From positions 3,906,001 through 3,970,000 of the forward strand of contig NC_134025.1 of assembly GCF_964204645.1 (NCBI RefSeq): a stretch of DNA of 64,000 nucleotides. The letters are read 5' to 3'. This document shows positions 40,401 to 52,933 of the stretch, in pieces (within the stretch, counting starts at the first letter, position 1; each line of letters starts with the position of its first letter). The notes below the pieces were generated by a model. The model was not told the DNA's origin, did no database searches, and was given only the letters and a program-made list of their open reading frames with translations. This DNA is from Tubulanus polymorphus. Its lineage: Eukaryota > Animalia > Nemertea. Made by a program: the position numbers and the translations under genes.

Positions 40401-43400
40401 ATCGGCCGCGGACTCTGATAAACTATCGGTGAATTTTTTGTATCGTTCACCATCTTTTCGACGAACGGCATCTCGGTTTCTTGAACCATATCTACGCGTA
40501 TGTCGTGGTTGGCTTTCATCGGTCCCCGCATTGCACGGTGGTACGGAGAATACGGATCGTCGTCATCCTGAAATACAACAAATTTCCTACTGCAGCGATA
40601 ATCTACTAAATTTTATGTAATAGCAGGGTCCGATCTCAACACTTGTCCGATTGCCGGGACAAGTATATTCTCATCAGGGCAAGTAAGTTATCATTATCGC
40701 GTGTACCCCGGGCTAGTGCAATTTTATGTCACAAAACTTTTTTCCCACTCGATACAACGGATTAGGCCTATAGTGCCACCAATCAAACTGCCTGTGTAGG
40801 GCAAGTAGTTTTTGGAGGGGGCAAGCAAAATTTCAGATATGCTTGCCCCCCGGGCAAGTGGATTTCATTCCTTAGACTGGACCTTGTAACAGCGTTTGTA
40901 ACGAAACAACAAAATTTAAAGGAATATGAAGTCTGAAATGTTTCATTGTGCTAGTAGTTTATTTCGATGTTTCAACTATACCATCAGTCATCTTCAGGAA
41001 TAATCAATACTCACAACACTAGGAAACATTTCAGATTTTTCATTCTCGTCGGATTTTATAAAGCATCTCTTACAACAGACTGTTCACTGAACATACAGTT
41101 CCAACAATTTCTTACCAAATAACCATCCTGACTGGTATTTGAATGCCTCGAACTCGAGCGTGAGGGTGGCCTGCTACGTGGTTTCAGAACATTTTGTTTG
41201 AGCGCTTCTCGACGAGCTCGGTCTCTCACTAAAAATTATTTCAAACGGGTATTTTTACAAACAATCGCATGACGAAAATCCTGATTCAGTAATTTGTGTA
41301 AGGCATCAGGTTTTACCTTTTTGACTGATAAGCCAAGCTTTAGGCGTAGATGTATCAACTGCCGCTGGAAAAAAAAATGAAAAATAATTTTCTTCCCTGT
41401 TTCACTTTCAGACAATTTTCCTGCACTACTACAGTGGTAGAAACTTACGTTTAGCACTGTTTATCATACGATAATGAGCAGTCATGTGATCTTGAATGAT
41501 GTGCTGTCCGGATAATTTAGTAGCTGTCGGGGCATAAGCTGTGTGAATGAAAAGAATGAATGAATGTACGATACATTTTGAACAAACTTGATTCATTCGA
41601 AGGGCGCTGTAGCATACTTACGACTACTTTTAAGGCCCAGGTGACCTTTTGTAGTGACTGGTTCACGTTGAACTGGCATATCTGGATCTGAAATGATGCG
41701 ACATAACACTTATCAAATTCCATCATTACTACTTAGGCCTACATGAAAAAAACTACTTTTATTAATGCAAATACCCAACCTGTTAAAGGTTCCATTGTTT
41801 AAATGATAGAATACTATGTGTTCATTCCAGGGATAAATTGCAGATTAGTAATGATATTCCCAATAAGTAATCCAACTTCCCGGTGAAATGACATTTCAGT
41901 CAATATAGACTACACATAAATCCTCTTTGAATGTTGGGCTCTTAAAAGCTTAAGATCACGGCACAAGCAATATTTTCCAAGAGTAATAGTCAATACCCTT
42001 GCGAAGTCTTCTTAGAATTACACCTTTAATGCCTTCCTCATCATAGCGTTTCGAATAGATGAAACAGATATGAAAATATAGGCCATTAACAGAGAATGTC
42101 GTCTGATTTTGAAACACTTTTCGTTGATATTAAAAAGCGTAGATTGAGTATAATAACGTCTCTAGACAAAACAATCCGAGTTGATATAAACCAAAGTCAA
42201 TAAGCTACGCCTCAAATGACAGACAATATACGAATAAAAGCTTAGAATTTAAATCTATTTCGACCATAGTCGGTGAAGCCTGTTGACAACATAAGTGAAA
42301 TCATAGAATTTACCTTGACATAAAAATAATCTCTTTTAAAGCAGCAACATTAGCGAATGGTGTGTTTTGCACTAAGAAATATTCGAGGCACATTCACCGA
42401 ACAAGAATTACCAGTTACTCTCAAAAAAGAGTTATAAATATATTCCACCAACATGTTTAAATTGAGGCCAGTGGACAATACTTTACACTATACCGGTGTA
42501 TTCATCTTGAACGTTTCACACAGTTTCAATATCCGAACACGCGTCAACAATTTAACGTTTACTATGAATCGAAAGCATATTTTAAGCAGCAGTTTCTTTG
42601 AACTACACGTAGAGGATTCACAGATTTTGATTAATTCCCGAGAAAATGATTGAAAAAATATTTAGCTGTTCACATACAGTCAACAAAAAGTTTAAAAGTC
42701 TGTGAACTAAGATTATTCAGTAAACCTGGTTCCAATAATGTTAAAAATAATAGATTTTTCCAACTGCTACAAGATGGATTGTCAAGTATTTAAGTTACAG
42801 GTTTTAATTCATTGAAATGTTAATCATATTTATTGTTGTCAGGGCATGCCCATTGAACAATATAGATGACTAATTAAGAGATAACGGGATCAAGACTATG
42901 TGCTCAAGACTTATTGCTCAACACAGTTAGACAATTAGCAATGCTTGACATTATATCAATATCAATTAAGACATTTTAACTACTGGATTGCACTCATTTC
43001 AAGTAGTGACACGCATGTCTCTCCATTCTAAGTTCACTGCACCTTAACTATCCCTTGACTACCCAATTTTAAGTTTAAATTTACCGAACTATGGCCAATT
43101 TGTACCCTCTATCTTGACATTTCATACCCTCTTGCGGATAGTATTGTAGAAAAAGGAATCTCTTCCTTGATGTTGGATCGTACGAGAACAAAATGATATG
43201 TTTATATAAGATCCGTACTTAAACGTTAAATCGCGAGACTGCGCATTATAAGAGAATAACAAAATACGTAGGCCTATTACAGGTTAATAAAACATATATA
43301 ACATATACTGGTAACTGTTCATTATTTACACGCGTACTGGAGCACTTGATCGAGCTACTAGCTTTTGTATGATGGCTCGTATTTGAGGGGATGGTTTTCC

Positions 43401-44172
43401 CAGAGCCGGCTAAGTTCTCTTTTGAAACGGATTAAGATGGCGGATCTTTTGAATTGGATATTTTGCAGATGCAGCATTATTTCAGTAAACACTATTGTGC
43501 CAACATCTATCTATGATAAGAGATACTAGCAAAAATAACAACAAAATTACAATGTTAGGGTTTTAATAGGGTTAGGGTCCATCCAGCAGAGCTAGCAATA
43601 TGTTGGCCTGGGTTAAAAAAACTGCTCTATCCGCTCTATGTTCTCCACACCTCAGTGCATATGCCAGCCATAAACAAGCCAATCAGAACGAGTTATCAAC
43701 AAAATAGCGTTAACAGGAATAAAACCGCATTGGCAAAATATCACCTGCAAAAAATCTGAAAATGTATGAACCAAAAACCGATTCCTAATGATGCAAGCAA
43801 GCTTACCACTCTCTTCTCAGTCTTACCCCCAAAACGTTGATTCATAGACAGTGTAGGATGAACTTAAATATTTTTGTGATGAATTGAATGTTCATCTTTA
43901 TTTATCTTCTAACAAACGCTCAAAAGTCAGATTTGAATATTGTTATATTCTCATTTCCGGTATCTTGATCATTTTCATGATTTTCCACGTCATATTCCGG
44001 CGACTGCTGCCAGACGTGTGGTGGTGGGTACGTGTGCCGGTGTGATGGTGGTTGCGCGGTGGTGACGACGGTACGTACACGGTGCACGGTGTGGTCTGGT
44101 GGACTTCAAAAATACGTAAAAAGTCTAAAACTTACCTCTGTATTTGTTTTTATTTGAAGAGCTCTTCATCAT
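37417..44172 (-). CDS. SPATA7: Spermatogenesis-associated protein 7 (ciliary), multi-exon, with two possible first coding exons (44136-44172 and 41780-41795)
   Basis: KGHLGLKSS...QHIIQDHMTAHYRMINSAKPAVDTSTP; GDLLNDHSDSFTEGRPFTPRTLKTNRRSKLSEFRYYNPP; EEELKYLDFVRDVTSDVLERGIFTNRVLKQVFEHH; RMRELLNKLRQDL. Confidence 0.9.
39288..39351. repeat. Tandem duplication, 2 x 32 bp (intronic)
   Basis: tgaataccatatcaacta[c/g]atgaaacattgtt occurs twice in a row. Confidence 0.9.
40624..40886. mobile_element. CAGGG-ended MITE (hAT-like) in a SPATA7 intron
   Basis: cagggtccgatctc ... ttagactggaccttg; repeated internal gggcaagt motifs; flanks taatag / taacag. Confidence 0.65.
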
Positions 44173-44448
44173 TTGAAATACGTTATCATGATGATGATTT
44201 TATTAGACACTATTCATGCATCTTCTCATCGCTAGAGAAAGAACGCCACTAAACTATCCAAGAAAATGTTTTCATTAAAAAAATTTCACAGACAACTAGA
44301 TTTCGTCCGCCATCTTGTAACTAGTAAACTAAACGCCGGACGATGTAAGGCGTTCTCCTATTGGTTGGACTTCGACAGCATTGACCAATCGTGAAGCGTC
44401 TTCTAAAAAAGGGGCACCTGCTTGTACGAAGAGGGCGCTTATTTCAAG

Positions 44449-44937
44449 ATGGCTGCGCCCAGGTATCGAAAATTTATGAAACTATTAGGACACTGGTGTG
44501 TAGATAAAGATAAAGTTGGCCGTGATTTGGGGAGTTTCATTCGTAGTCAGGTAAATCAATTAACCATATCAGTTTGCCCATGACTTAAAAAAGCAAAAGA
44601 TTAAATCCAAGGATTCCATAATACGTGACGTGTTTCTTTTCATAAAAAACCTTCTTCGGCTTCATTTCTTGAGTTTTTTAATCTTTCTTTGTTTTATCAT
44701 GCTTAGTTGGCTGTCGAATTTAAGCTCGGGGAAGCTACGCAATTAGCAAATGAGACCGAATGTGATGAGAAATATGAAAGTCTTCGTAAAATAAGTTCAA
44801 ACTTTTATAAGAACGCCTACACTCGTGCTAAAGAATATGGTTCGACAGGACTTGACTATGAAACCTGTAAAGGTATTACGTCCAATGAAGTAATGATAGA
44901 ATTAACAACGAAATCGGCTGAGGATATTTCTAAGTGA
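44449..44937 (+). CDS. UQCC2: Ubiquinol-cytochrome c reductase complex assembly factor 2 (exons 44449-44550 and 44707-44937)
   Basis: MAAPRYRKFMKLLGHWCVDKDKVGRDLGSFIRSQ/LAVEFKLGEATQL...CDEKYESLRKISSNFYKNAYTR matches the UQCC2/MNF1 pattern. Confidence 0.9.
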
Positions 44938-45263
44938 TCAGAGTTTGGAAGTCGGTTCGTGAACTGTGTGTCTATGAAATATGGTTTTGTTATTGTTATT
45001 CAACTAAAATAAATGCGTTATATGCATAAGACAAGTTTTGGTTGTAAAAATGTCCCTGTTTCGATGGTGATCCGCATTTGTCCAGAATAAAATTGCTGTA
45101 ATAAATCGGAAGACGAGCCTGACTCGAGAAGCAAACTGAAAGCACATTAAGTGACATCCTGAAATGACATTTTATTTTTTTTTCCATAATTTAAAAAGAG
45201 AAATTTCTGATTACTGCATTCTTTAAACAATGAACTAAATGATTACAAAAGATTTTGTCAGCT

Positions 45264-47475
45264 TTAGGCATCATTTGACATCAACTGATTAAATTTCTTC
45301 AAAATATCATTACGCTGTATCTTTTTCATGTCCGTCCGAAAATCTCCTATTGTGTAATTTTCAAACTTTGGGTCTTGAATTAGTGATGTAAAGATGGTGC
45401 CTGGGGGTTTTCTTTCCATCAAGTTAATTTCATCTTGTGTTAAAAACTTGCGGCCTTCTTTACGCTGCAGCGAGGCCCAGTCTTTCCAGTCACAAGATAC
45501 AACTGTTGAACCTTCTAAACGTATTCCTATCTGCCTCAAAATACGATGTTGTACACTGCTCATTGGCATACAGTCATTTGATGGAGCAACTGGATGTCCC
45601 GGTATTGGTGGGCTCAATTCCAACCTTCCCATTCCTGAAATAGTAAGCATCAAGTTATGTCAGGCCAGACTACCTGATGTTTCACCATAAATGATGATTT
45701 TTACATATCAAATAGTATTTTGAGAATGATTGAACTAGAAATTCTTCTGTAGTTAAGCTCTCAAAAAGAATAGTAGGAAGTACTCTCGAATGGTACTCAT
45801 AGTCAGGTCTGATTATAATGATATCATTACTGTAATTACATTTGAATTCAGTTGAAATTGTTACCTTGCAGATTAGACTGTGGCTGGTATTGCTGTAGCT
45901 GGGGACGAGTATCACTGGGGTTCCCTTCCATACTACCATTACCGCAGGCTTCCATACCACCGATGGCTTGTGGCTGTATTGCTTGCTCCAAACATTTCAA
46001 ACTGCCTGAATCCTTAGCTAGAAAAAAAAAACAACTATAGTACGATAATTGACTGGCTTTGGGTCACGTCCCACTACAGTGAATCCCACTTACCGGTTGA
46101 TGCAACACTTGGATATGAGTCTCTCCCTAGATCTCCAGTGCTTCCATCACCTTTCAGAGATAAACTTCACAATTATTTTACATTTTTCGTATGTTTTTGT
46201 TAAATAGCTACAAACTTTCATACCTATAACACTTGCACCTTCTACTTTCATGGTGTGATTCCAACCACAGTTAGAACTGCTTACGTCTGAATCTTGAACT
46301 CCATCATCTAAAATTATAAAATCATCACAGGAGTCACATAAGACAATGAGCATCTCATATCAATCACGTTTTAGTACTTACCCCTCTTCCATAAATCTAT
46401 GAGCTTCCTAGCAAAATCCTTGACTTCCATGTTGCTTTCAAATACGTACGGAATGTTCATACTAAGTTCACATTTTTGTACCTCACCATAGCAAACTGCC
46501 ACCAGATTTGTTTGCATGACATAGTCAAATTGTGGACCTGTTTATTTTGAACATCAATTAAGAATAATCAGGTACCACAGAATTAGGCGCATAGATATAC
46601 AGACTGTATACATACTTTGCGGGTGAGTTAGTTTGAAAAAATCTCTATCTATCACAAAACAACATTTCAAACTGTTGTTGATCATTTCTTTTAATTGATT
46701 GTTGATTGCTGCACTCGCTGAAACAAATATATCATAACGATCAGTCCAATACAGAGACACAGAGAATCACAAGTCAATACTTACATGGTCTGATACACTC
46801 GGTGCAAGCATCTACCTCTTCATACCGCAAGTTTTCATTGATGTATTTCGCTACGTCTTCGGCCCATTTTTTAGCCTCTGAACCGTGGAAAATCTTTCCT
46901 GAAATTAGTAACCCAATTTTTGATGATGGTTAGTTTAAATTACCTAATTGTTAGTGGTAATAATTAATTCCTATGAAAATATCCGATCACGAAACTAAAC
47001 CACCTGATCATGCAGTACACAGTTAACAGGTTACAGCTATTTAATTTAGTGGTTTAGTTTTATGATCATATGTTTTCACTATACCGTTGGTTATTCAAGC
47101 TTACCACCAACGATTAGGTACCTAATGCCTAATTTTCATGTGACATCAATCTTTATGGGATGTTTTGCTTAATTTTTTTGAACACATATCTTGGTCTTCA
47201 ATAAACCATTGTTCTTATCCATTTTACACTGTATCAATGAAGAAGGATTGCTAAAAGTCTTCATTTTCTCATGTTGGAATGAGAAAAGATTGGCCATTTT
47301 TCGAAATTCTAAGAATATATATTTCCATGCCCACGAACCATGATTTTTGATGATTTGAAAATGGTAAGCACTACTTTTACATACGATGGCCCGTGGGGTC
47401 TGTACCTAATAATGCATCGATTAAATTATACTCAGTCTCAATTCACTCACCAGATACTTTTACCGGATTTCCCAT
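45264..47475 (-). CDS. Uncharacterised multi-exon protein with a C-terminal death domain and a possibly TIR-like N-terminus
   Basis: Phase-1 exons join in frame from MGNPVKVSG/KIFHGSEAKKWAEDVAKYI. The last exon (45264-45634) has a death-fold pattern: RILRQIGIRLE...DWKDWAS...LTQDEINLME...YTIGDFRTDMKKIQRNDILKKF. Confidence 0.7.
46975..47077. repeat. Imperfect ~29-bp inverted repeat (fold-back or MITE remnant)
   Basis: gaaaatatccgatcacgaaactaaaccac ... gtggtttagttttatgatcatatgttttc. Confidence 0.65.
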
Positions 47476-48380
47476 GTCAAATGCACCTCCCGAATTTCAA
47501 GATTATTTTTCTTGCTTCAATTCTAATTTGGGAAATCCCCAGAGAAAGTAGACCTGTCGATGCGCCACTTGCAATAGAACCAGGTTCGAGTCCCCGACTG
47601 CGCGGATAAAAAATCAAACGAATGACGTACGATGGCCCGTATTGTTTTTTTTCACTTTACTTTTGGATGATACTAAATGTACAACGTACAACTTATGCAA
47701 ATAACGGGGTAATCTTTGTACATGCATAGAAGTGTAAACGAACACTTGGTGCACAACATGCAGTCATTCAGCAAAAGCTACCTCACTCTTCCGATAGATG
47801 GCACACTAGTGTTGCATAGCATAGAGAACCAAAAGGAGAACAGATCTATGTACCCATGGATATAATTTATTTCATTACATTTTTTAAAAATCTACAATAT
47901 TCAAACATATAACAGTGATATTGTATGTCAAGAGATTGATGTACTTTAAGCCCTTCTTCCAATTCATCACAAATTATTCCACAATTCATTTATGTTACAG
48001 GCATAAATATTAAAAAACCCGAATTACCAACCAAAACATAATTTCTTGTGAATTCATGACATTATTTTATTCCCTATCCAAATTCATAACTGAGAGAAAC
48101 ATTGTTTGTTCATGAGGCCATTCAATCAAGTAAATTAGCTGTTGAAGTTACAAATATAAATACCTTACATTTATCTGGTTTATTTCATGGTTATGGAATA
48201 ATGTACACTATGTATAGGAAGCACACTACACAGGATACATGGCAGACTTTTTCATCATCCACCAAAAATAACAAAAAGGTTGTTTCAATATTTATTTCTC
48301 TTTACAGATAAATAGCTAATAATGGAATATATCATATTTTCAGCATGCATAACCCATTCATTTCTAACCAGAATACAGGG

Positions 48381-48514
48381 CTGGGTCCAGTTTCACGATG
48401 AATATTAAGTCAAAATTTTGGTTTCATTGCTATTGGTTACTTCACATCGTCGATGAGGACAACAATTCAAACTTAACTGATTTAAGCTTAGTTTTTTCAT
48501 GAAACCAGACCCTG
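48381..48514. mobile_element. Short MITE-like inverted-repeat element downstream of ZIP9
   Basis: ctgggtccagtttcacga ... tcatgaaaccagaccctg; a more degenerate look-alike lies at ~53395-53491. Confidence 0.55.
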
Positions 48515-48955
48515 ATGGTGCATTGTTTGATATACCAGTTAACTAGAAACATTGGTGACTTTAAACATAATTCAAAAACTACCTCCAAAAGTTAGCAATA
48601 AACTGATGCATTTTACTGATGGAGGAGGAAAAAGGCTATTAGAAGTAAGTTTTCTTTTGATCACCCCATTTTGACTGAGAAACACCTTAAAAAAGAAACC
48701 AATAAAACCATCACAAAATATAAGGAAGATACAATAATATATAGCTGCAGCAGACTGCATGACAGTATGAGGATGGAATCCATTTTCTGATACTGGTAGG
48801 AAAGGTTTCTTGAACAATTGATTGAACCCTAGATATAGTGCAACTAATATGTTCACACAATTGACATCCATATGACGATAACATTCTTAATATACAACGA
48901 TTAAAACTACAGACACGCACAACTGTCGGATTCAAAACAGGAATGATTTCTATCA

Positions 48956-51139
48956 TCAGTGATGATGACCGATGGACAAAAGTACCGGAATTAATGCGCC
49001 ACAAATCAATAGGAAAACCTCGCACATAGTAAATCCTTTATGTTCGTGGACGATCACATTACCATTTGATGATACAGTTCGTGTTGGCATGTTAGCAATC
49101 TCTGGAAGTACATGAACTGTCGCGACGAACAAAAATGTCCCGGCACTAAACAACATTGCAATTCCAGTGGCGTTTATGTGAGAAAGAGTCTCTTTACTTT
49201 GCTGAAAATAAATCATCAATCAACCGTGTATTTTATAGAAAAACTTGAATCAGTGATTATGTATAAATATAATGTATTATATTCGTATTAATAGACTCGA
49301 CACCCGTAGCTTCTCTAATTAACAGTCTATTGTATTACGGGTCACAGATGCTCTTATGAAAAACAAGACTTTATACGAATACACTGTAGTTCAGCTTACC
49401 TGGCTTAAACCGAAGTATGTGATCATCGCTAACAACGGAGCAGCTGCCGCGAATGCGAGCAAATGCCGACGTATTCGCATCCTATCAAAACCTTCGTGTA
49501 GTAAAAATGATACCAAACCAAATGCAGCAGGTGCCTACATCAAATCAAAGGAAAAGGTGATAGAAACTATATTTAGGTGTTATAAGGCCTTATTTTAATA
49601 CTTGGATACGCTGCGAAAAAGATGCCATGAAAAAAATGTATTTTCATTTTTTCTTGATGTTTTCTTCCAATTTTTAATCCAATGATTTTATGAAGTTAGT
49701 TTTCATTGTTTCTTCCCTCATTTAAATTGAATTTAACACAATTAAAAAAAAACGCATTTTAAAATTTATTTCCACAGTCCTTCCTTGATTTTACGCGGAA
49801 AATACTGGAATAAAACAATTTTTTCTTCCATTTTCAATTGCCTGTAATAGAATTTTTTATTTTCCCCCTTTCATTTCCATGCTGCGATTAATTCAAAAAA
49901 AGTCTTATTTTTCTTACCTTGTGGAGCATTATAGCCACAAATACAATCATTGTGACATGTGTTTGCGATGTAGTGGCGGCCGCCCCTAGAGCAACTCCAT
50001 CAGCTTGAAAACAATAACATCTCAAAATATAGAATGAAGGTCGCGTTATCGGTATATCTATGATTAGATTAAATGAGTTTAATATTCACCTGCGGCGTGA
50101 ACAACTAAACCTAATGTAGCAGTTATTCTGCTCCTTGTTGGTTGTGTACCATTTTCAGCATCTGAAAAAAAAAATTAGGATCATCATCAATAACAAAAGA
50201 TATTCTTGAAATAGTCGAACCAATTCCGCAGATAAAATTTGAGCAGGGGGATGTAAATAAATCTTATGTATGAATTCAATCAACTTAATCAATATTTAAT
50301 TTATCTAAATCAATGGGTTGAATTAACCAAATTTCGAAAAAGGAGTCCCTGCCTCTCTTCAATCCATGCCTAAGCCTACAATAGCATAACAAAGATGAAA
50401 CATCAAATGGGATAAGCACAGATCCAGCAGACCATATGATAGATATTCCTTCAGAACTGATGAAAAACTAATACTTACCAACAGGAGTATGACTGTGTCC
50501 ACCACCACCTATTTTATCGACTAGTAACATACAAACAAAGCCTAATACTAGAGCTACTCCGATCACACTGTGTAAGTCAGATATATCATGATCATGATGA
50601 TGATGTCCATCAGTGTGATCACTTTCATGAGCTTTATCTTTATGGTGATGTTTGAGCTCTGAAAAAGACGGAAACCTAATTTCACATCAATTCATTCAAT
50701 TAAGTTATGATGTTCATTTATTGAAGTTGTGTTATTCTATTTACCTAATTTTGTCTCATAAAGTGAATGAACGCCTTCAGGAATTATTACGGCTAATGCT
50801 GTACCTACCAATAACCCAGCACCAAATACTGACAGTAGTTTTAATCTATCCTAAAAAATGACAGAAAAATTCAATTTGGAGTCAAGTATCTTAAAGATTG
50901 AAATACATCATCAAAAAGGATCAATGAACATATTAAATAAAATTTGATCCGTATCATATATATTGATTAATAAATAATAATCGATTGATTTAATTTGAGA
51001 CAGATGTGATTTTCTGGAGTAGTACATGGATGTATTTATTTACCTCTGACATTGTAACGGCAAGAGGAATCGATCCAGCGATATAACAGCCTATCAACAT
51101 GGCTATTGACAATATAACTATTGTCCATAATTCCTCCAT
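48956..51139 (-). CDS. SLC39A9: Zinc transporter ZIP9
   Basis: [13 protein letters not shown]; [18 protein letters not shown]; His-rich loop; [18 protein letters not shown]; [23 protein letters not shown]; [22 protein letters not shown]; ends GHHH*. Confidence 0.96.
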
Positions 51140-51656
51140 GTTGATGAACTGAAGATAAACGGTTGTAATTCTATCAAAAGTCCAAATCCTTATTCACCTA
51201 CTGCCACATTTCTCAACACTCAAGAGGTAATGTTTCGTTCAATAACGTTAGATAGATGGCGCTTGTTCCAAGAGAAGTGGTTGAGGACCCGCTAAAGTTA
51301 TATTTTTCAATGTAGAAATATAAAAACAGAGGTTTAAATTTAAATGGAATTATGGACAAACAATATACAAATCGCCTATAGAGAATATCTTTACAATCAT
51401 TTATATCAATAAAGGGGAAATTGAATTGAATCTTAATCTTGTTTACAATTTATCTAATACTATTGCTAATTAATGCGTATATTGAAAATTAATCTATCAA
51501 TTTTCACAAAATTTACCGAATTTGTATTTCCTTTGATTTTCATATAATCTTAATTTGGATCAAGGCCTTTGAAACGTCATGTGGTAGAGGCTAAATTTGT
51601 TGTTCATTTTCTACGTCTCGTTGTGCCGGAAATTTCTTTCGCAATTCGTCCTGAAA

Positions 51657-52933
51657 ATGGTAAGAATATGGGACTATTTGTTTCTTAAACTATCTGCCTT
51701 CTTCATGTAATTGTTTTACTTTGGGAAGCACCTCATGAATTGTTCTCATTCGATGGATTTCAAGCTATATTTGTTAAATTAGATCAAAAATCATGTTTGG
51801 AGGTGGCGCCACCAGACGGTCCCCCTACTGAGAAAAAGTGAAAGCTAATGTCAGTTGCAAATGTTCCGTCTAAAAGTCCATACCTATCCTCAGCAGGGAT
51901 CCGAATCTGATGGCATCACAAGTTTCTGCTATGGCACGAAAGCCGTCCCAGCATCTGCTGATCTGAAAAAGGCTGTGCACTCCTCAGCTCTAAGTCAAAG
52001 ACTAAATCAGTAATCTAGCCATGGCAAACTTGAAAGTGTTGAGATGCCATCAGTTTTCAAGCCCTGCCGAGAGAGGATGGTTCAAATCATCCTCCCGGAT
52101 GGCATTGCTAGACTCAGCCATGGCACAAACCCCTGCCACATGCGCAGGTTAGACGCATAAAAACTCGCGGCACCAATCAATCGCTGAGGCAAACTTCATC
52201 ATATCCAGTATGAAATTATTAAATATTTATGATTATTATTAATTATTCCTATATAAGATGAAATCTAGCTGATGAATTGCTATATCGGGGGTCATTATAA
52301 TGATACTGTATACCCTTTCAGCTGTTCGGCCGCAGTCGTCATAAAGCTTAATATTATTTCATTTCAGTCACACACAATTCTACTGGTGCAGCCAACTCAC
52401 CGGAGACCTGAAAGTCGAACGTACTCAGATTATGAAAATGTAAACGATTGTTTGGAAGGCGTTTGTAAAATATTTGAGGAACATCTTAAACGAATGAATC
52501 CCAGTAGTCCATCTATCACTTATGACATTAGCCAGCTGTTTGATTTCATTGATCAACTCGCTGATATTTGCTGCCTTGTGTAAGTATTTTACACCATTGC
52601 TTAAGATTTGCAAATTTACAATACCAAGAACAGCATGATCTTAGCATCCCAAGGTTTGAAATTAGGCTCGAGGAATAAGGGGGTCCTCCACGGAAAAAAC
52701 TTTGAAAATTTTATGGACCGCCCCAAATGACTAAAAATTATTAATTAAATCTGAAAAAAACTTTGGGCTGTTGAGAATCATCACTCTGAATTAAAATTGT
52801 GCTGTTATTTGACGATAATTGTTCTTGTAGATTCCAGAAAGGTAAAGCTACATATGTTCCGCACAATAAGGAATGGATTAAGGAAAGGATTTATGTTCTG
52901 CTCAGGAAACAGGCTGGAGAAGGTGCTCCATAA
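51657..52933 (+). CDS. ERH: Enhancer of rudimentary homolog (exons 51657-51659 ATG only, 52368-52579, 52831-52933)
   Basis: [100 protein letters not shown]. Confidence 0.98.
51894..52066. mobile_element. CAGGG-ended MITE / fold-back in ERH intron 1
   Basis: cagggatccgaatctgatggcatc ... gatgccatcagttttcaagccctg, with further internal complementarity (caagtttctgctatggc / gccatggcaaacttg). Confidence 0.65.

Noticed and set aside
43553-43577. TTAGGG telomere-like words
   Set aside because: Only two to three interrupted copies; not an array.
47545-47606. Possible tRNA gene around the B-box
   Set aside because: No A-box, acceptor stem or oligo-T terminator could be formed.
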